A stretch of DNA of 64,000 nucleotides from contig JAFWGF010000045.1 in assembly GCA_017512495.1 (NCBI GenBank), positions 2,202 through 66,201 on the forward strand, in the 5' to 3' direction. Numbering within the stretch: position 1 is the first letter of the stretch; the number at the start of each line of letters is the position of its first letter. The stretch comes from Bacilli bacterium. GTDB taxonomy: Bacteria; Bacillota_I; Bacilli_A; RF39; UBA660. The position numbers were made by a program, and so were the translations under genes. Below the pieces are notes generated by a model that was not told where the DNA came from, ran no database searches, and saw only the letters and a program-made list of their open reading frames with translations. Of this stretch, positions 35,027 through 44,410 are shown piece by piece.

Positions 35027-35959
35027 ATGAATAATTTTAAATACTCTAATAGTAATAAAAGATATCATACTTTAGATTATTTTTATAAAAATAAGTTTAA
35101 TTCTAAAGTATTTAAAGTAAGTTTAAATGCTGGTTTTTCATGTCCTAATATTGATGGAACTGTTGGGACAGGAGGATGTATCTATTGTTCTAAAAGTGGT
35201 AGTGGGGAATTTGCCGGTAATAAAGAAGATTCTATTGAAAAACAATTTAATACTATTAAAGAAATGATGCATCATAAATGGAAAGATGGTAAGTATATAG
35301 CTTATTTTCAAGCTCGTACTAATACTTATGCTCCAGTAGAAAAATTAAAAGAAATATATGAACCGGTTTTAAATTTTGATAATGTAATTGGTATAAATAT
35401 TGCGACTAGAGCTGATTCTATTACTGATGAATGTTTAGATTACTTAGAAGATTTAAGTCATAGGACTTATCTTACTATTGAATTAGGATTACAAACTACA
35501 AATGAAAAAACATCTAAATTAATTAATCGTTGTCATAGTTTAGAATGTTTTGAAAGTATGGTAAATAAACTAAGAAAAAGAAATATTAATGTAGTAGTTC
35601 ATATTATTAATGGATTACCCTATGAAACTAAAGAAGATATGATAAATACAGTTAAGTATTTAAATGAACTAGATATTCAAGGTATTAAAATACATATGTT
35701 AAGTATTATTAAAGATACTTCATTAGAAAAACTTTATAAAAGCAAACCATTTCATGTATTAACTAAAGAGGAATATATTGATATTGTGGTAAATCAATTA
35801 GAATTATTAAGACCAGAAATAGTTATTCATAGAATTACTGGTGACCCTGATCCTAAAGAATTAATTGAACCTAAATGGTTAATAAAAAAGTTTGGTGTCT
35901 TAAATGACATTGATAAAGAAATGTCTAAAAGAGATACTTATCAAGGAGCTAAATTATGA
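35027..35959 (+). CDS. Radical SAM protein, TIGR01212 (YtqA-like) family
   Basis: CPNIDGTVGTGGCIYCS cluster and the overall YtqA-like pattern. Confidence 0.85.
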   Translation: MNNFKYSNSNKRYHTLDYFYKNKFNSKVFKVSLNAGFSCPNIDGTVGTGGCIYCSKSGSGEFAGNKEDSIEKQFNTIKEMMHHKWKDGKYIAYFQARTNTYAPVEKLKEIYEPVLNFDNVIGINIATRADSITDECLDYLEDLSHRTYLTIELGLQTTNEKTSKLINRCHSLECFESMVNKLRKRNINVVVHIINGLPYETKEDMINTVKYLNELDIQGIKIHMLSIIKDTSLEKLYKSKPFHVLTKEEYIDIVVNQLELLRPEIVIHRITGDPDPKELIEPKWLIKKFGVLNDIDKEMSKRDTYQGAKL

Positions 35960-36210
35960 ATCCTATACTTATTTTAGTAATAATAAATATTATTTCTTTT
36001 ATTACTATGGGATGGGACAAATATAAAGCTATTAAAAACAAATGGAGAATCAGTGAATATACTTTATTTAGTTTATGCTTAATGGGTGGTTCTATAGGAA
36101 TACTATTAGGTATGATTATATTTCATCATAAAACAAAAAAGAATTCATTTAGAATTCTTGTTCCTATCTTTTTAATTATAAATATTATCTATGTATTACT
36201 TCTTAAGTAA
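35956..36210 (+). CDS. DUF1294-family small membrane protein
   Basis: WDKYKAIKNKWRISE ... GGSIG ... HHKTKK, typical of DUF1294. ATGA overlap with the radical SAM gene. Confidence 0.75.
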   Translation: MNPILILVIINIISFITMGWDKYKAIKNKWRISEYTLFSLCLMGGSIGILLGMIIFHHKTKKNSFRILVPIFLIINIIYVLLLK

Positions 36211-37470
36211 TACTTTTTTTATTTTAATAAAAGCATTATAAATACATAGTAATACAAACATTATAACTGGTAAAAAGGCTCGATAAGTAAAATAATTATG
36301 ATAATCAGAATGTTCTGATAAAATAAGATATCTAATGAATGGAATTAAACATATAATTATAAAGTAACTATAATAAGTTCTTTTTTTCTTTTCCAAAATA
36401 AGATAAATAAAAGAAATAATAGCCATTCCAATAACAATAAATTTAAATATATATAAGCCATATGGAAAGATAAAATTTAATCCTAAATGAATACTTTCTA
36501 AGAAAACATTTATTCTTCTTCCACCACCAGTTCCTATTCTTACTTTCATTGGTTCTAGAACATGCTCTTTAAAACCTCCATGATAATGAATTACTAAGAT
36601 AATCCATTTCGCAACATAAGTTAATGATATTCCTAAAAACCATAATATAATGTATTGAATAATCTTCTTAAGTGATAGTTTTTTACCTCTTATCATATGA
36701 AGATATACATAGATAAATAATGGTAATGTTACTGGTAACGTTCCACAAGATAACATATCAAAATATGCTGTTAACATTCCTCCAATAAAGAATACTAAAT
36801 CAACATATTTGGTGCTTTTTCTTTCATACATTTTAATTAAAATAATTGAAGCAATCATTGAAATCATAAATACATGAGTAAAATTATCACAGCGAGATAC
36901 AAAAAAGAAATTAACACTAATTGCTGATATGGTGAATATAATTGCAAGTAGTTTACTATGTTTAAGCAAAGAGAATAATAACCATAAGAAAACTATTGAT
37001 AATAAAATGAAATATAAAGCTGATATTGTTTTCATTGAAAAGAAAGTAAGTAATGGTTTCAATATTATTAAATGTCCATGCCAATATCTAGAATAATCAG
37101 AATCTATTGTCATATTACTAAGACTTCCACTGTATTTAACTTTTTCTACTAATTTAGAATCTCTATTCATCTCAATAAAGCCACTAATTGGATGTTTATT
37201 ATCTTCTAGATATAAAATACTAAGATGGGCTAAATCTCCCGGTACATCAATCATTGTATGACGATTCTTAATAGTATTTATATTACCAAATAACTGTTTA
37301 TAATACTCTTGATAATAACTCTCTGATCTAACAATATTTTTCTTCACACTACCATTAGGAATAGTCTTCTCAGCAATTAAAAGCATAGAAAAAATTAAGA
37401 TTGTTATTAAAAAAGTAGTTGTATATCTAAATATTAAATTTTTTTGATATAATTTTAAAATCTTTTTCAT
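36196..37470 (-). CDS. Polytopic integral membrane protein, function unknown
   Basis: 424 aa with about 10 hydrophobic segments. 4-nt overlap with the upstream CotH gene. Confidence 0.6.
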   Translation of the reverse strand: MKKILKLYQKNLIFRYTTTFLITILIFSMLLIAEKTIPNGSVKKNIVRSESYYQEYYKQLFGNINTIKNRHTMIDVPGDLAHLSILYLEDNKHPISGFIEMNRDSKLVEKVKYSGSLSNMTIDSDYSRYWHGHLIILKPLLTFFSMKTISALYFILLSIVFLWLLFSLLKHSKLLAIIFTISAISVNFFFVSRCDNFTHVFMISMIASIILIKMYERKSTKYVDLVFFIGGMLTAYFDMLSCGTLPVTLPLFIYVYLHMIRGKKLSLKKIIQYIILWFLGISLTYVAKWIILVIHYHGGFKEHVLEPMKVRIGTGGGRRINVFLESIHLGLNFIFPYGLYIFKFIVIGMAIISFIYLILEKKKRTYYSYFIIICLIPFIRYLILSEHSDYHNYFTYRAFLPVIMFVLLCIYNAFIKIKKVLLKK

Positions 37471-38675
37471 TGGTTCTCCTTCATATATGAATCAAAGTAC
37501 TTAAATCTTTCATTTACCCATTTTTTAAACATAGTAGTAGATTCTTTATATGGCTTTATACTCCAAATAGCATTATTATGGGTTCCTGACTTTGTTAAAT
37601 ACTTAATCTTAGTATCAAGACTCTTAATATTTTTACGATAAACATCTCTAGCTGATTCATTCCATATTTGTTTAGTTCTTTCTTGAAATTCAGGAATTTG
37701 ATTTAAATAATAAAACAAGGTACTTAGTCTTTCATCATTAGGAAAGGAATGCTCTTTAATAGGCATTTTAGTAATATCGAAATATGCTTCTTGTAAACCA
37801 TAAGCTATATCAAAATCCCAAACAGGTCCAAGATGAATCTTATCATTAAGACCATCCATATGAAAATATAAGCTAGATCTTATAGAATCTGAGTATTCAG
37901 CAAATTCTGAAATAATATAGTATTTAACTAATGAATCTACATCAGCTACTTCTTGTAATCTTTGATAATCTCCATCTAATATAATCTCTTCCATTTCATT
38001 ATATTTATCCTGAAACACACTATATTCTTCTTGATAATCATCTCTAGCAGTATCTTTAATAGTCAGATGATCATTTAAAGTATCAGAGCAAAAATACTCT
38101 TCTTCTTGATAATAGGAATTATCTAATTCCATCATAATTGCTTTTTTATCCTTTAAATCAACAACATTCTCGTCTATTTCTACTTTAGGAGTAATATAAT
38201 ATGTACCTAGTGAATTATCATCAATAAATAAATCAACAAAAACACCAGTAAAACTATAATTTAGATTCAAGTCTTTAGCTATTGAATAAGTAAAATCATT
38301 TCTTAAAGAAGAAGAATCAGCCATATTAGCAAGTAATACATACTTCTTAACTTTAGGTAATCCTAAAATAGATACTTTTTCATCAAAAATAAGTTGATAT
38401 GGCTTCTTAGCTAAATTCCAAGTATAATGACCTCTACCTTTAATAGTTACTTCTGAATCAAACTTTAATTTAGAATCATAAATACGAACTCTATTATGAG
38501 AATATTTAATATCTTTAGCACCATTATTAATAGTTTCAATATCAACATCTTTTAAATCAATTCTCATAGTAGGTATTTCATAATTGGCATAGTCTCTAGA
38601 ATTAAGTATAAATAATAATAAATAGCTAAATAATACTAAAACTATACCTATAAATACTTTCTTTTTCATAAACAC
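37467..38675 (-). CDS. cotH: CotH-family (spore coat protein H-like atypical kinase) protein with N-terminal signal/anchor
   Basis: KKPYQLIFDEKVSILGLPKVKKYVLLANMADSSSLRNDF and GPVWDFDIAYG match CotH family signatures. Confidence 0.8.
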   Translation of the reverse strand: MFMKKKVFIGIVLVLFSYLLLFILNSRDYANYEIPTMRIDLKDVDIETINNGAKDIKYSHNRVRIYDSKLKFDSEVTIKGRGHYTWNLAKKPYQLIFDEKVSILGLPKVKKYVLLANMADSSSLRNDFTYSIAKDLNLNYSFTGVFVDLFIDDNSLGTYYITPKVEIDENVVDLKDKKAIMMELDNSYYQEEEYFCSDTLNDHLTIKDTARDDYQEEYSVFQDKYNEMEEIILDGDYQRLQEVADVDSLVKYYIISEFAEYSDSIRSSLYFHMDGLNDKIHLGPVWDFDIAYGLQEAYFDITKMPIKEHSFPNDERLSTLFYYLNQIPEFQERTKQIWNESARDVYRKNIKSLDTKIKYLTKSGTHNNAIWSIKPYKESTTMFKKWVNERFKYFDSYMKENQ

Positions 38676-38695
38676 CTCTAAAAATAAAAAGAAGA

Positions 38696-39790
38696 TTATG
38701 ATTCCTTCTTTTTATTCTTTCTATTATAAATAATTAATGACCCCGATAACAATATAATTGGAACTAATATAAACAAAGCATTATTAAATGTATTAGGATT
38801 AACAACTGAATCATATAAAATACTTAATACACCATCTACATCTTCATGTCTTGCAGTAGCTATCTCATCTTCATAATTAATTCCTACTAATTTAATATTA
38901 TCTGTATAATTCTCAGGTTTTGTACCAGCTAATCTAAAATATAATATTGGATATTTTTGACTATTATCATACTGATTTGGGAATTGATAATTATATTCAC
39001 CGTCACCTTGAATTACTGTCATAGCATTAGAAGGTTTTTCATCCGATATTTTAAAATTAGGATTACTTAAATCAAATGAAACCTTTCTTAATAAATACTT
39101 AGAAGTAACATAAACAGTACAATCGGTTTTCTTACCATACTCAATTACTTTATCATTACATTCTAAATAAAATTTAGGTTCTTCATAAACGAATGGTTTA
39201 AAGTGAGGACAATCAAGTCCATATCCTCCATCTGAATAGAATGTAACTTTCCATGTAATATCTTTATTATTATATTGAGGTACTTTTTCAACATCTCTAT
39301 AATTTCCCACATATAACAAAGTATCATCTTCGTTATAGTAATAACTCTCCATAAGCCTATTATTAAACGTTATAATATCACCAGACTTATATACATGCCC
39401 TTCAACCATTTCCGTTATGTTATATATATTGTTTTTTCCAGTATATTCTTCAAATAAAGGTTTTACTGTAAAAATATTATCAGCATAACTATAATTGCTT
39501 ATATCAAGTAAATACATATTTTTTGTCACAGTATAACTATTTAAACATCCATTAATATTAGCTGCATAACAATTATTATCTAGGCGAGTATCAGTATCAA
39601 TATACAATTCATATTTGTGATCAGTTGCTGTATTAGAGAAACTAATAACATCTCCTGGATGTAATATAGCAAATTGATAATTACCTGTATTAGGCATATA
39701 ACTTATCTTATTAAAATCATATTCTTTTGCAAAAGTAGTCATAGGCATAAGTAGAAAAAGAAAACTAAAAATACATAATATTTTTTTCAT
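38696..39790 (-). CDS. Secreted protein with C-terminal TM anchor, function unknown
   Basis: Signal peptide MKKILCIFSFLFLLMPMTTFA and a C-terminal hydrophobic segment followed by RKNKKKES. First gene of the CotH operon. Confidence 0.55.
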   Translation of the reverse strand: MKKILCIFSFLFLLMPMTTFAKEYDFNKISYMPNTGNYQFAILHPGDVISFSNTATDHKYELYIDTDTRLDNNCYAANINGCLNSYTVTKNMYLLDISNYSYADNIFTVKPLFEEYTGKNNIYNITEMVEGHVYKSGDIITFNNRLMESYYYNEDDTLLYVGNYRDVEKVPQYNNKDITWKVTFYSDGGYGLDCPHFKPFVYEEPKFYLECNDKVIEYGKKTDCTVYVTSKYLLRKVSFDLSNPNFKISDEKPSNAMTVIQGDGEYNYQFPNQYDNSQKYPILYFRLAGTKPENYTDNIKLVGINYEDEIATARHEDVDGVLSILYDSVVNPNTFNNALFILVPIILLSGSLIIYNRKNKKKES

Positions 39791-39913
39791 AATTACCATC
39801 CTATTCTGTAAACATTATAGCATTTCTTTACTAACACAAGCAATAAAAAACATAATTTTCTTGTTTAGAAGAAAAATATATATTATAATGTATATAAGGT
39901 AGGAGTAAGCGTT

Positions 39914-40669
39914 ATGAAATTTAGCAATAAAGAAAAAATAATTCTTTCAGTAGTAATGGCTGTTTGGGGTGTATTCCTAATAGGTAGTGGTTTTGTAATG
40001 CAAAAGCAAATCAAACCTATTATTCACACAAAATATAGTCTAGATATTAGTTCTAGAAAAATACCTGAAGCACAAGCCAAATCTAATGAAATTAAGCTTA
40101 AAAATATAACAATTGAGATTAATAATCCAATTAGTGTTAATGTTAATGATTATTTAGAAAATCCTGATAAAATGGATGAAAAAGTATTAAAATCATTAAA
40201 ATTAGATACATCTTTGGTAAACATTAATCAAGCTGGAGATTATAACTATACAATTACTTATAAAAAGAAAAAGTATATTGGTAAAATAACAGTAAAAGAA
40301 AAAGAATTACCTAATGTGACATTTACTTTAAAACAAATCACATTAAAAGTAGGAGATTCTTTATCAACAAATCCTAGATCATATATTAATGAAACTATTA
40401 CTGATGAAGTATATAATAATTTAACTTTAGACTTATCTAAAGTAGATGCTGCTACTGAGGGTACTTATGATTATTACATTACTTATAAAGGTACTAAATA
40501 CCAAGGTAAAATAATAATTCAAGCTCTTGGTCCTACTATTAAAACTAAAACTACTGAAGCATGTCCAGCAGAAGCACCAGAAAAAGATGGCAATTGCGTA
40601 TGTTCTGATCTAAGCAAAGAATATGATGCAGCAACTAAAACTTGTAAAACAAAAGAAACTACTCAGTAG
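39914..40669 (+). CDS. Membrane-anchored protein with two Ig-like repeats and a Cys-containing tail
   Basis: N-terminal TM segment. Two repeats: AGDYNYTITYKKKKYIGKITVKEK and EGTYDYYITYKGTKYQGKIIIQ. Confidence 0.6.
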   Translation: MKFSNKEKIILSVVMAVWGVFLIGSGFVMQKQIKPIIHTKYSLDISSRKIPEAQAKSNEIKLKNITIEINNPISVNVNDYLENPDKMDEKVLKSLKLDTSLVNINQAGDYNYTITYKKKKYIGKITVKEKELPNVTFTLKQITLKVGDSLSTNPRSYINETITDEVYNNLTLDLSKVDAATEGTYDYYITYKGTKYQGKIIIQALGPTIKTKTTEACPAEAPEKDGNCVCSDLSKEYDAATKTCKTKETTQ

Positions 40670-40678
40670 TTTCTTTTT

Positions 40679-42289
40679 TTAACTTAAATTAATTATTTCT
40701 CCATCTACAACATCTATTAATTCACAGTTTGGTTTTCTAGATAATCCCGGCATTACCATAATGTTACCTAGTAACACTGTAATGAACTTTGCTCCTCCAT
40801 ATAATCTTACATCTTGAACATTTACTTCAAAATCAGTTGGTACTCCAACTTTTTTAGCATCATCAGAGAAAGAATATTGTGTTTTAGCTACACAAATTGG
40901 AAGATTAGACATTTTGTTGTTATTAATGTCTTTTATTTTGCTCATGATTTCATCACTTATATTAACTTTAGTTGCTCCATATATTTCCTTACAAATAATA
41001 TTTATCTTTTCAACAATATCTAATTCAGTATCATATAAGAATTTAAAATCATTATTACCCATAGCTAGAACCTTATTAGCTAATTCCATAGCTCCTTCTC
41101 CACCATCACTATAAGCACTACTAATTGCAAATTCATAATTATTATCTTCACAATGCTTTCTTATTAAATCTATTTCTTCTAAAGTATCAGTATCATATTT
41201 ATTTAAACAAACAACTACGTTTACTCCAAATTTCTTTAAATTATCATAGTGCTTATCTAAATTAGCTAAACCATCTTTTAAAGCGTCATAGTTTTCTTCG
41301 AAAATATTCTCTTTAGAAACACCACCATGATACTTCAATGCCTTAACAGTTGCGACCAAGACTGCTGTATCAGGTTTTAAGTTCCCAATACGACATTTTA
41401 TATTAAAGAATTTTTCGGCTCCTAAATCAGCTCCAAAACCAGCTTCAGTAACTACATAATCTGCTAAAGATAAAGCTGTTTTAGTTGCAATAATACTATT
41501 ACACCCATGAGCTATATTAGCAAAAGGCCCTCCATGTATTAATACTGGAGTATGTTCTAATGTTTGAACCAAGTTTGGGTATAGAGCGTCTTTTAATAAA
41601 GCTACTAAAGATCCTTCTATATGTAAATCTCTAACATATACATATTCACCCTTACTGTTAATTCCAACTATAACATTAGCTAATCTCTCTCTCAAATCAT
41701 CAAGGGAAGTTGCTAAACAAAATAAAGCCATTATTTCACTTGCAGATGTAATTGAGAAAGAGTCACTTCTAGTACCTAAATCAACTTTTCTTAACGCTCT
41801 ATCATTAACATCTAAACAACGGTTAAAAGTAACCTCTTTAATATCCAATTCATTACCAAAATAAATATGATTATCAATAGCTGCGCTAATTAAATTATTT
41901 GCTGAAGTAATCGCATGAAAATCACCAGTAAAATGAAGATTAATCTCATCCATTGGTACTACTTGAGAATACCCTCCACCAGTAGCTCCACCTTTCATAC
42001 CAAATACAGGTCCCATAGAAGGTTCCCTTAAAGTAGCTATTACTCTCTTATCCATCTTATGTAAGGCATCGCTAAGTCCAATACTAACAGTTGTTTTACC
42101 TTCACCAAAAGGAGTTGGACTAATAGCTGTTACTAAGATTAGCTTTCCTTTAGGATTATCCAAATTCATTTTAATCTTTGCTTTATAATCTCCATACAGA
42201 ATTAAATCTTTTTTATCTATCCCAATACTTTTAGCTACATCAATAATGTTGTCTTTTTTACTATTCTTTGATATTTCAATATCATCCAT
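40679..42289 (-). CDS. fhs: Formate--tetrahydrofolate ligase
   Basis: 536 aa. PTPFGEGKTT P-loop and a typical FTHFS sequence throughout. Confidence 0.97.
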   Translation of the reverse strand: MDDIEISKNSKKDNIIDVAKSIGIDKKDLILYGDYKAKIKMNLDNPKGKLILVTAISPTPFGEGKTTVSIGLSDALHKMDKRVIATLREPSMGPVFGMKGGATGGGYSQVVPMDEINLHFTGDFHAITSANNLISAAIDNHIYFGNELDIKEVTFNRCLDVNDRALRKVDLGTRSDSFSITSASEIMALFCLATSLDDLRERLANVIVGINSKGEYVYVRDLHIEGSLVALLKDALYPNLVQTLEHTPVLIHGGPFANIAHGCNSIIATKTALSLADYVVTEAGFGADLGAEKFFNIKCRIGNLKPDTAVLVATVKALKYHGGVSKENIFEENYDALKDGLANLDKHYDNLKKFGVNVVVCLNKYDTDTLEEIDLIRKHCEDNNYEFAISSAYSDGGEGAMELANKVLAMGNNDFKFLYDTELDIVEKINIICKEIYGATKVNISDEIMSKIKDINNNKMSNLPICVAKTQYSFSDDAKKVGVPTDFEVNVQDVRLYGGAKFITVLLGNIMVMPGLSRKPNCELIDVVDGEIINLS

Positions 42290-42428
42290 GATATCACCTC
42301 ACACAATATTATAACATATATTATAAAGTTTTTATTTCATATTTGATACATACTATAATTTTTAAATTTCACTATATAAATTATTAAAATTACTTATAAA
42401 ATATATCTAAAAATTAATAATTAGTCAT

Positions 42429-43907
42429 TTGCACAATAAAACTATTAGTGCTATTCTTGGAAACATTAAGAAAAAAAGGAGGGATATTATAAACAAATTT
42501 AAATTTTTCTTAATGTTTTTCTTTAGTATATTTTTAAGCAATATTTTTATTACTACTGTTCATGCAGAGAGTTTCTATGAAGCTGAGTACATTAGTGATA
42601 TTTATATGAATAAACATCAAGTTTCTACTAATACTACTCTATACCAACAAGCTCGTGTATTCAGAGAATCAGGTACTAATAAAATGGCTTTCTGTTTAGA
42701 ACCTTTTAGATTTTTTGATGAATCTAAGCCTTATTCTCCTACTATTACACCAAGAAACTTAACACCAGAGCAAATAGATAGAATCTCTAAAATAGCTCAT
42801 TTTGGTCATGGATATAAAGATCATATAACTATGAAATGGTATGCAATTACCCAAATGATGATTTGGCAAGCAGCTGATCCAATAAATGATTATTATTTTA
42901 CTGATGTTTTAAATGGTAATAGAATTAATCTATATCAAAATGAAATACAAGAAGTAAATAATCTAATAAGAGAATATGAAACATTGCCATCCTTTAATAA
43001 TACTAGCTATACAATTGTTGAAGGAAATAAACTCATTATCGAAGACCATAATAACGTAATAAGTAGTTTCAAGTCTAATGATATTAATTTAATCGATAAT
43101 AGAATTATCTTAGACAATCTTAGAAGTGGTGAATATACTTATACATTTACTAAGCAAGATAATTTCTATAATCATCCAACAATATTCTATCAGTCAAATG
43201 AAAGTCAAAATCTTATGGAAACAGGTGATTTAAGTGACTTACAAGCAAGCTTTAAAGTAAAAGTAATGAATACAAAAATAGAATTATCTAAAATAGATAA
43301 AGATACTCAGTCTACAATACCAACCGGAGAAGCTAGTTTAGATAGAGCTATATATAAACTATATGATACTAATGATAATTTAATTAATACTTTTACCATT
43401 AAAGATAACCAAGCAGTCTTAAATAATCTCAATTTTGGTAAATATTACTTAATCGAAGATACTCCAGGAGTTGGTTATACATTAGATACTAATAAATATG
43501 AAATCAATTTAACTGAAGATAATCCTGTTATTCAATTAGTATTAGAAAACAAAGTAATTGAAAAAGAAATAACTATTGAAAAGAAATATGGAGATAATAA
43601 TAATCTAATGAATGAACAAGATATTAGTTTTAATATCTTCAATAATAAAAATGAATTAATTGATACTGTTATTACTAATGAACATGGAATAATAGAATTA
43701 AAACTTCCCTATGGTAAATACAAAGTAATTCAACTAAATTCCAAAGAAGGTTATTCCAAAGTAGAGCCATTTACTATTGAAGTAAATAATACTACTCCAG
43801 AAAAAATAGAATTAAAAGATTTAAGAATACCAGTACCAAATACTCATACTAGTAATAAATTAAGTCTTCTACAATTAATATTTCAAATCATAATAATCTT
43901 ATTATGA
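42429..43907 (+). CDS. Surface adhesin with a thioester (TQxxxW) domain and two Cna-B/SpaA-type domains; non-canonical C-terminal sorting region
   Basis: MAFCLEP (candidate thioester Cys) and AITQMMIWQ (candidate Gln). Two prealbumin-fold repeats (LNFGKYYLIEDTPGVGY; LPYGKYKVIQLNSKEGY). C-terminus is IPVPNTHTSNK plus a hydrophobic tail. The start is uncertain: TTG 42429 has no RBS, a strong AAGGAGGG ends at 42483, and the first ATG is at 42513. Confidence 0.7.
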   Translation: MHNKTISAILGNIKKKRRDIINKFKFFLMFFFSIFLSNIFITTVHAESFYEAEYISDIYMNKHQVSTNTTLYQQARVFRESGTNKMAFCLEPFRFFDESKPYSPTITPRNLTPEQIDRISKIAHFGHGYKDHITMKWYAITQMMIWQAADPINDYYFTDVLNGNRINLYQNEIQEVNNLIREYETLPSFNNTSYTIVEGNKLIIEDHNNVISSFKSNDINLIDNRIILDNLRSGEYTYTFTKQDNFYNHPTIFYQSNESQNLMETGDLSDLQASFKVKVMNTKIELSKIDKDTQSTIPTGEASLDRAIYKLYDTNDNLINTFTIKDNQAVLNNLNFGKYYLIEDTPGVGYTLDTNKYEINLTEDNPVIQLVLENKVIEKEITIEKKYGDNNNLMNEQDISFNIFNNKNELIDTVITNEHGIIELKLPYGKYKVIQLNSKEGYSKVEPFTIEVNNTTPEKIELKDLRIPVPNTHTSNKLSLLQLIFQIIIILL

Positions 43908-44410
43908 TAAAAAGAATATATCTAATCTTAGTAATAATTCTATTATTATTACTTCCTTGTTCTATAATTAAGATATCTGCTCAAGAAATAACTATTCCCA
44001 ACATTAATGTCTCTAAGGAAAAACCAATTGGTACTTTAAAAATTAAAAAAATTAATATAAATGAGAATTTATATAACATAGATAGTCCAAGAAATAATAT
44101 AGAAGAGCATATAACTATTCTTAAAGAATCTACATTCCCAGATTTACTTATCTTAGCAGCACATTCAGGAGAAGGCAAAATAGCTTATTTTGAACATTTA
44201 GATGATTTAAAACTAAACGATGAAATAAAAGTAAAATATAATAATAAAACTTATATTTATTTTGTAAAAGATATCTTTGAACAAAAGAAAGATGGATATA
44301 TAAATATTAATAAAGAAGATAATGATCAATTAATTCTTACGACTTGTAGTCCTAAACATAATGGCTATCAATTAATTATTAATTGTATAAAAAAAGAGTC
44401 TATTTATTAG
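43904..44410 (+). CDS. Sortase-family protein (atypical: no Arg downstream of the catalytic Cys)
   Basis: 168 aa with an N-terminal anchor. LILAAHSG (His) and LILTTCSP (TLxTC-type Cys). ATGA overlap with the adhesin gene. Confidence 0.75.
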   Translation: MIKRIYLILVIILLLLLPCSIIKISAQEITIPNINVSKEKPIGTLKIKKININENLYNIDSPRNNIEEHITILKESTFPDLLILAAHSGEGKIAYFEHLDDLKLNDEIKVKYNNKTYIYFVKDIFEQKKDGYININKEDNDQLILTTCSPKHNGYQLIINCIKKESIY

